Shown piece after piece: positions 58,186 to 64,000 of a DNA stretch of 64,000 nucleotides (positions are counted from its first letter, which is position 1; every line of letters begins with the position of its first letter). The position numbers and the translations under genes are program-made. Location: positions 2,118,688 to 2,182,687 of the forward strand of contig OY782947.1 in NCBI GenBank assembly GCA_963678615.1. Reading direction: 5' to 3'. The notes under the pieces are model-generated. The model did not search any database, was not told where the DNA came from, and saw only the letters and a program-made list of their open reading frames with translations. The stretch is from an uncultured Ponticaulis sp. (GTDB lineage Bacteria; Pseudomonadota; Alphaproteobacteria; Caulobacterales; Hyphomonadaceae).

Positions 58186-58932
58186 CTATTTCACTTTTAA
58201 AAAGCCGAGCGGCAGATCTTCAGCAATGATGGCTGCCGTCAGCGGGCCGCCAAAGACTGCTCCTGTATCAACATTGATCCGGGTATTTCGTCCGGCTATT
58301 TCAGGGTCGCCGCCCAGCGTTGGCGTGTGTCCATGGACAACCTGATACCCCTCAATCGCCGGATACCCCTTCCATTGAGTTGGGTCGAAGAACTTCATGG
58401 AGCGCGTCCAAAGATAATGCTGCGGATTGCAGTTTGGAAATGTCGACGGGTCAATGCCCGCATGTACAAAAACCAACTTTCGCTGATCATCGTGCAAAAT
58501 CGAAGGTAGATTTTCCAGCCAGCGGCGATGCGCCATCGGGAAGTGATACAGCACATCCTCCATATCCTGGCCTCTGCGCTTATAGCTGCGCAACGTTGCC
58601 CGCCCCCCATTGTTTAGCCACATATCCGTGGCCATTGCGCCACCTTCCAGCGCATCCAAAAGCATTTGTTCGTGGTTTCCACGGAGCGACAGAACCGTCA
58701 GGCTTTCCAACCGCCGCGCCTTCGCCTCAAGTGCCAGAATGGTGTCGATCACCCCGCGCGAATTCTTGCCGCGATCCACATAATCGCCAAGATGGACGAT
58801 CGCGAGCGGTCGCTTCTTGTGATAGGCCGCATGGTGCTTGAAGATTTCGCCATGCAGTCTCTGCAGGTGCTTATCCATGCCATGCACATCGCCAATGGCG
58901 TAAATTATGGATTCGGGTTGAAATAAAGTCAT
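58186..58932 (-). CDS. Metallophosphoesterase (PPP-like Ser/Thr phosphatase)
   Basis: GDVHG, GDYVDRG, LRGNHE, HAG, VHGHTP, VDTGA. Confidence 0.92.
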   Translation of the reverse strand: MTLFQPESIIYAIGDVHGMDKHLQRLHGEIFKHHAAYHKKRPLAIVHLGDYVDRGKNSRGVIDTILALEAKARRLESLTVLSLRGNHEQMLLDALEGGAMATDMWLNNGGRATLRSYKRRGQDMEDVLYHFPMAHRRWLENLPSILHDDQRKLVFVHAGIDPSTFPNCNPQHYLWTRSMKFFDPTQWKGYPAIEGYQVVHGHTPTLGGDPEIAGRNTRINVDTGAVFGGPLTAAIIAEDLPLGFLKVK

Positions 58933-58966
58933 ACGTGTTTGGTCCTGAGCGACCGACCCTGATTAT

Positions 58967-59125
58967 TCAGGAATGTTTCGAAATTGGGGCAGCTCGGCGG
59001 CATCTCTCGGAACAGTATTTTACCTCATCCCAGCAATTTTCCCATTTCTTTCTCCAGTGAAAGGGGCGATTGCAGACAGGACATTGCTTGTGCGGGCGTT
59101 CGGAAGGTGGGCGATGACGGCTCAT
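58967..59125 (-). CDS. DUF2256 domain small protein
   Basis: [28 protein letters not shown]. Confidence 0.9.
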   Translation of the reverse strand: MSRHRPPSERPHKQCPVCNRPFHWRKKWENCWDEVKYCSERCRRAAPISKHS

Positions 59126-59225
59126 TTCAGGGGATATAGGACTGCCGACGGAAATTGCGCGCGAAATCAACAATACGCTTAATGTTTTTGTTTTGTTCCG
59201 CGACAAATCCTGCTAACCTGACAAG

Positions 59226-60716
59226 ATGAATACTGCGATTGTCTTATTTGGCGATGTTGCGCTTGATGCGCTTCATCTGATTTTTATTGGCTTATTGATC
59301 TGTTTCGGTGCTGTGTCTGTCTGGCTGTTTCAGGAGCGCAAACGCCTGTCTGCCATTGATGCCCGCCGCGAAGCGCTAGCGATTAAATGCGAAGAGCTGG
59401 ACACACAGAATGATGATCTCAGCCGGGACGCAGCCATTCTGAAAGTGCGCCTCGAAGATCAACTTTCAAGCTTTGAGCGCGAACGTCTGGCCTTCACCAC
59501 ACGCTTGTCTGAGGTTGAGGAAGCCCGCAGAACCCTTCAGCTGCGGCTGGAAGATGCGGAAAAGAGACTCGAGGCGTCGACCGTCCGCGAAGAAGAGCGC
59601 GCCCGTACATTCGATGAAGAACGCAAGCGCCTGATCGAACTGCGCGAAGAAGTTCAGACCAAATTCAGCGAGATCGCTCAAACGGCCCTTTCAAAGTCTC
59701 AGAAACTGTTTCTGGAAACCGCTAATGAGACACTTGGTAAACAGAAAGAGGCCGCCGAGGGCAATCTGAAAGAAATGTTCAGCCCTCTGAAAGAGGCAAT
59801 TGGAAAATTCGAAAACCGGGTTGAGAACCTCGAAAAAGTCCGCGCCGAGGACAAGTCAGCCATTTTCGAACAGGTCAAACATATCAGTGCCCAACTGATC
59901 GAAAACCGCACAGTGACGAACAAGCTCGTCAATGCTCTCTCCACGCCGAAGGGCGGCGGCAGCTGGGGCGAAGAATCGCTGAAGAACGCGCTTGAACTGG
60001 CCGGTGTTTCAGAACATTGCGACTTCCGTCAGCAATCCACCGATGATGACGGAAAGCGCCCGGACGTCGTCATCAAAATGCCGGGTGGCCGGGAAATCGT
60101 CATCGACTCCAAATTCAGCTGGACAGATTATCGCCAAGCTGCCGAAGAGGCTGACGAGCAAAAGCGGGACCTTTATCTGTCCGAACACGCGCGCAAAATG
60201 CGCGACCATGTCCGCGGCCTTGCGAGCAAGGAATACTGGAAAGACATTGAACACCGGGTCGATTTCGTTGCCATGTGGGTTCCAAATGAAGGGCTTTATT
60301 CCGTCGCCCTTCAATATGACCGGGGGCTTTTCGACTTCGCCGCGCGAAACCGTGTTCTGATTGTTACGCCCTCCACGCTGATCGCGCTTGCGAAAGCAGT
60401 TGCCTATGGCTGGCGTCAGGAAGAGGCCTCCAAGAATGCTCTGGAAGCGGCCGCAATTGGACGTGAACTCCATAAACGCCTCAAAACACTGGCAGACCAT
60501 GTTGAAAAGGTTGGCAAACACCTTGGGCAGTCAGTGACCGCGTATAACAGAATGACCGGCTCGTTCGATCGAATGGTTCTGTCACAAGCGCGAAAGTTTG
60601 AAGATTTGCAGCTTAATGAAAGCGGAACCGAGCTTCCAAAGCCGGAACTTCTGGACTCCATGCCGAACAATTCCGGTCAGGCCTTGCTTCCAATGGAAGA
60701 AGACCCCACTGAATGA
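59226..60716 (+). CDS. rmuC: DNA recombination protein RmuC
   Basis: N-terminal TM, coiled coil, G.WGE..L, RPDVVIKMPG...IVIDSKF, DFVAMWVPNE, TPSTLIAL. Confidence 0.95.
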   Translation: MNTAIVLFGDVALDALHLIFIGLLICFGAVSVWLFQERKRLSAIDARREALAIKCEELDTQNDDLSRDAAILKVRLEDQLSSFERERLAFTTRLSEVEEARRTLQLRLEDAEKRLEASTVREEERARTFDEERKRLIELREEVQTKFSEIAQTALSKSQKLFLETANETLGKQKEAAEGNLKEMFSPLKEAIGKFENRVENLEKVRAEDKSAIFEQVKHISAQLIENRTVTNKLVNALSTPKGGGSWGEESLKNALELAGVSEHCDFRQQSTDDDGKRPDVVIKMPGGREIVIDSKFSWTDYRQAAEEADEQKRDLYLSEHARKMRDHVRGLASKEYWKDIEHRVDFVAMWVPNEGLYSVALQYDRGLFDFAARNRVLIVTPSTLIALAKAVAYGWRQEEASKNALEAAAIGRELHKRLKTLADHVEKVGKHLGQSVTAYNRMTGSFDRMVLSQARKFEDLQLNESGTELPKPELLDSMPNNSGQALLPMEEDPTE

Positions 60717-60752
60717 GTTGAATAAAACCCTGATCAAGCTTATTTTCTAAAC

Positions 60753-61277
60753 ATGGCTATTCGAGAAATTCTGACCGTTCCAAATCCAGTGCTCAAAAAA
60801 GTCTCCGAACCTGTACAAGGCGGCGTGACAGATGAGCTGCGTGTTCTCATGGATGACATGCTGGAAACCATGTATGACGCGCCCGGCATTGGCCTGGCCG
60901 CCATTCAGATCGGCGTTCCGAAACGCGTCATCGTGATGGATCTGGCGCGCGAAGGTGAAAAGCCTCAGCCAAAATTCTTCGTAAATCCGGAAATCGTGGA
61001 AACGATTGAAGAAACGCAGCCATACGAAGAAGGCTGTCTGTCCATTCCGGAATATTACGACACAGTCGACCGTCCGGCCAAATGCCTGATCCGGTATGTG
61101 GATTATGATGGCAAACAGGTCGAAGAATGGGCAGAAGGCCTCTATGCCGTCTGCATTCAACACGAGATGGACCATCTCGAAGGCACATTGTTCATCGACC
61201 ATCTGTCACGTCTCAAGCGCCAGCGCGCCGTTGAGAAAGTGAAGAAAAGCAAACGCCTTAAAGAAAAGGCCGCCTGA
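60753..61277 (+). CDS. def: Peptide deformylase
   Basis: [24 protein letters not shown]. Confidence 0.98.
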   Translation: MAIREILTVPNPVLKKVSEPVQGGVTDELRVLMDDMLETMYDAPGIGLAAIQIGVPKRVIVMDLAREGEKPQPKFFVNPEIVETIEETQPYEEGCLSIPEYYDTVDRPAKCLIRYVDYDGKQVEEWAEGLYAVCIQHEMDHLEGTLFIDHLSRLKRQRAVEKVKKSKRLKEKAA

Positions 61278-61300
61278 TCGTTTCAGCAAAATATAGATGG

Positions 61301-61471
61301 ATGTTCGCCCTTGGCGGCGCCGCGCTGATCGTTCTGTTGACGCTAGGCTTTTTCATCATGGCTGGAAAAATCGCTCACACACTTTCGGTGAATAGCTGTC
61401 TGGAAAATGACGGACGCTGGGACTATACCGAACAGCGTTGCTATCTCCCGCGTCAGACAAAGGACCGCTAA
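61301..61471 (+). CDS. Small membrane-anchored protein with a Cys pair, 56 aa, not in the ORF track
   Basis: MFALGGAALIVLLTLGFFIMAGKIAHTLSVNSCLENDGRWDYTEQRCYLPRQTKDR*; fills the def-fmt gap and ends 3 nt before fmt. Confidence 0.65.
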   Translation: MFALGGAALIVLLTLGFFIMAGKIAHTLSVNSCLENDGRWDYTEQRCYLPRQTKDR

Positions 61472-61474
61472 CCC

Positions 61475-62404
61475 ATGCGCCTGGCTTTTATGGGCTCACC
61501 TGATTTCGCCGTTCCTGCACTCGCCGCCCTGATTGAGGCGGGGCACGATATTGCGTGCGTCTACACTCAACCCCCTCGCCCAGCCGGTCGCGGAAAAAAA
61601 CTCACGCCAACACCCGTCCATGCCTTTACTGAAGACAAAGGCCTGGAGGTTCGCCACCCTGACAGCCTGAAGTCTCAGGAAGAGAAAGATGCCTTTGCGG
61701 CGCTCAATCTCGATGTTGCTGTTGTGGTGGCCTATGGGCTGATCCTGCCAAAAGCGGTTCTGAACGCGCCAAAGCTCGGCTGCATCAATATTCATGGCTC
61801 GCTTTTGCCACGCTGGCGCGGCGCTGCACCCATGCAGCGCGCCATCATGGCGGGTGACGACATTACCGGTGTACAGAGCATGCAAATGGAAGCCGGTCTC
61901 GACACCGGCCCGGTTTATCTGACGGCCACAACGCCGATCTCCAAAGACGACACAGCAGGCACGCTTCATGACCGTTTGGCCGCGCTTGGCGCAGAGCAAA
62001 TCGTGCTGACACTCGACGCCTTGGCGAAAGGACATCTGGAACCCAAGCCGCAAAGTGACCTCGGCATCACCTATGCCCACAAGCTCGGCCCGGATGACAC
62101 CCGCATTGACTGGACCAGACCCGGTAATGAAATCGACTGGCAAATACGGGGACTTTCTCCTTTTCCTGGGGCGTGGTTCGAGATTGAACAGAATGGCAAG
62201 CCCGTTCGCGTCAAAGCGCTGATGTCTGAATATATTGAAGATCTTTCCGGCGCACCGGCGAGCGTTCTGGATGACCAACTGACCATCGCTTGTGGTCGTG
62301 GCAGCGTCCGCCTCACACGCGTTCAGAAAGCCGGAAAAAGCGCCTGTTCCGCGGAAGATTTTCTGCGCGGAAATCCGCTCGCATCCGGCGACAAGGTGCT
62401 CTGA
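61475..62404 (+). CDS. fmt: Methionyl-tRNA formyltransferase
   Basis: [43 protein letters not shown]. Confidence 0.98.
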   Translation: MRLAFMGSPDFAVPALAALIEAGHDIACVYTQPPRPAGRGKKLTPTPVHAFTEDKGLEVRHPDSLKSQEEKDAFAALNLDVAVVVAYGLILPKAVLNAPKLGCINIHGSLLPRWRGAAPMQRAIMAGDDITGVQSMQMEAGLDTGPVYLTATTPISKDDTAGTLHDRLAALGAEQIVLTLDALAKGHLEPKPQSDLGITYAHKLGPDDTRIDWTRPGNEIDWQIRGLSPFPGAWFEIEQNGKPVRVKALMSEYIEDLSGAPASVLDDQLTIACGRGSVRLTRVQKAGKSACSAEDFLRGNPLASGDKVL

Positions 62405-62405
62405 C

Positions 62406-62909
62406 ATGCCCGGCACGACGCTTCGCCCCGCAACACCAGCCGACCTTTCAGCCATTTGCGCGTTGAACGACCTCGCCTTTGGCGGAGAGGACGAGAGCCG
62501 CATCGTAGAAAACCTCGTCGCGGCAGATGAATGCCTTCTGTCCCTTATTGCGGAAACCGAAAGCGGCGACCTTGTCGGCCATATCCAGTTTTTCCCGATT
62601 AATGTAATCAACGCCATCGAACACGCTCGCTTTGCAGGGCTCGGTCCGATGAGTGTCCATCCGGATTATCAACGCCTAGGCATTGGCGGTGCGATGATCC
62701 GACAAGGGCTCAGCGAACTCAAAGCCATGGGCCTTCAGCGGGTCTTCGTACTGGGTCACACTGACTATTATCCAAAATTCGGCTTCAGCGTAGAGACGAC
62801 GGCAGGCTTTGCTTCGGCATGGGGCGGCCCGGCCTTCATGGCCAAAGTCCTCAATTCCGGCGGACCCGATTTTGGTGAACTCATCTATCCGGAGGCATTC
62901 GCAGACTGA
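62406..62909 (+). CDS. GNAT family N-acetyltransferase (YhbS-like)
   Basis: AFGGEDE..IV..L, LGPMSVHPDYQRLGIG, VLGH.DYYPKFGF. Confidence 0.88.
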   Translation: MPGTTLRPATPADLSAICALNDLAFGGEDESRIVENLVAADECLLSLIAETESGDLVGHIQFFPINVINAIEHARFAGLGPMSVHPDYQRLGIGGAMIRQGLSELKAMGLQRVFVLGHTDYYPKFGFSVETTAGFASAWGGPAFMAKVLNSGGPDFGELIYPEAFAD

Positions 62910-63652
62910 TGCCACGTTACAAGCTGACAATTGAATATGACGGACGCCCTTTCTCCGGATGGCAGCGCCAGTCAGACCAGCCGAGCGTTCAACAGGCTCT
63001 TGAAGACGCCTGCGCCAAGCTCGATGGCGCGCCGGTCGTTGTTTATGGCGCGGGCCGCACCGATTCCCGCGTTCATGCGACGGGCCAGGTGGCGCATATC
63101 AATCTGCAGAAAGACATGCCGGCCGATACGGTGATGGATGCCGTAAACTATCATCTGAAGCCCAACCCGGTGGCCGTCACCTCATCAGAGCTGGTCGATG
63201 AAACCTTTCACGCCCGGTTTTCGGCAACCGAGCGGCACTATCTCTATCGCATTGCCAACCGCCGCGCGCCGCTGACATTGGATGCTGGATTTGCCTGGCG
63301 CGTAGCCGTCTCGCTCGATGCCGACGCAATGCACGCCGCTGCGCAGGCGCTGGTCGGGCATCATGACTTTTCGACATTTCGCGACAGTCAGTGCCAGGCT
63401 GATAGCCCTGTCAAAACATTAAATGCTATTTCCGTGAGCCGTGTGGGCGAGGAAATCCATTTGCGCTGCCGCGCGCCGTCTTTCCTGCATCGTCAGGTTC
63501 GATCCATGGTCGGCTCCATCGCCGAAGTCGGGCGTGGAAAGGAACCGGTTTCCTATATTGCCGACATTCTGGCGGCGGCGGATCGGTCTGCCTGTGGCCC
63601 GGTTGCTCCACCCGATGGCCTCTATCTGACCCGTGTGGATTATCCAAATTAA
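62909..63652 (+). CDS. truA: tRNA pseudouridine(38-40) synthase
   Basis: IEYDG..F.GWQRQ, GAGRTDSRVHATGQ, FHARFSA, SFLHRQVRSMVG, APPDGLYL. Confidence 0.98.
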   Translation: MPRYKLTIEYDGRPFSGWQRQSDQPSVQQALEDACAKLDGAPVVVYGAGRTDSRVHATGQVAHINLQKDMPADTVMDAVNYHLKPNPVAVTSSELVDETFHARFSATERHYLYRIANRRAPLTLDAGFAWRVAVSLDADAMHAAAQALVGHHDFSTFRDSQCQADSPVKTLNAISVSRVGEEIHLRCRAPSFLHRQVRSMVGSIAEVGRGKEPVSYIADILAAADRSACGPVAPPDGLYLTRVDYPN

Positions 63653-63726
63653 GCACGCATCAGGGCTTTCCTTCGTCTTAGAAATATTCCAGCTTCTGAC
63701 GGTCTGATTGAATCCAAGAGACCGTT

Positions 63727-64000
63727 ATGGAAACTTTCGAAAAACACCATATCGAACACGTCCTGCGTACGTTTGAACAAAGGCTGCAAGCCTTTGGGTT
63801 TCGTCGGAAAAGAAAAGATCAGTTCGTCCGGGATGCATCAGATGGCATCGTTCACGCCGTCACTGTCAGTTGCTCAAAATACTGGGGAACGTTGAAAATT
63901 TGCCCCATCCTGTCAGTTATGCACGCTGGTGCGGGCGCGTTGGTATCTGAAGCGTTATCACCCGGAAGAAGCGGCAGTCTTGCGCGACAAAAAGAGTGGG
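63727..64000 (+). CDS. Possible hypothetical protein, truncated by the window end
   Basis: METFEKHHIEHVLRTFEQRLQAFGFRRKRKDQFVR...; frame open to base 64000; SD weak. Confidence 0.4.
   Translation, partial: METFEKHHIEHVLRTFEQRLQAFGFRRKRKDQFVRDASDGIVHAVTVSCSKYWGTLKICPILSVMHAGAGALVSEALSPGRSGSLARQKEW

Noticed and set aside
63890-64000. Possible frameshift in the last ORF; another frame reads RWYLKRYHPEEAAVLRDKK
   Set aside because: Cannot be evaluated because the window ends and the first frame stays open.
1-64000. tRNA, rRNA, CRISPR arrays, IS/transposases, prophage or defence genes
   Set aside because: None recognised; no regularly spaced repeats, terminal inverted repeats or integrase motifs were seen by eye.

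Overview
64 kb of a moderately GC-rich alphaproteobacterial chromosome. Gene content and order (carA/yqeY...dnaG-rpoD, rsmE/ubiA, rmuC-def-fmt-truA, dusA-TauE-aspartic protease-DUF1289-cobT, TonB receptors, many secreted hydrolases) suggest Caulobacterales/Hyphomonadaceae; this is inference. I found about 70 CDS: housekeeping genes, acyl-CoA catabolism genes (crotonase, thiolase, PimC/PimD-like pair, AtuA), a complete six-gene MoxR-DUF58-SpoIIM-RDD cluster, two TonB-dependent receptors and accessory blocks at about 17-26 kb and 36.5-44.2 kb. I recognised no tRNA, rRNA, CRISPR array, IS or integrase. The strongest leads are: (1) a His-rich, CxxC, RPP-ending DUF2946/CruR/CutF-like upstream ORF joined to a TonB receptor by alternative RNA structures (39855-42247); (2) an unannotated attenuator-like leader, a 20-codon SAPP peptide overlapping switchable hairpins, upstream of an unknown gene (43630-43780); (3) a 1033-aa Tat lipoprotein with a degenerate transglutaminase-like domain, a vWA domain and a Gly-rich hydrophobic tail, divergent from a Tat amidase; (4) a shared TGACG-N4-CGTCA operator linking that pair to the acyl-CoA catabolic genes; (5) several small proteins missing from the ORF track. 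All family calls come from motif recognition by eye; no database search was run.
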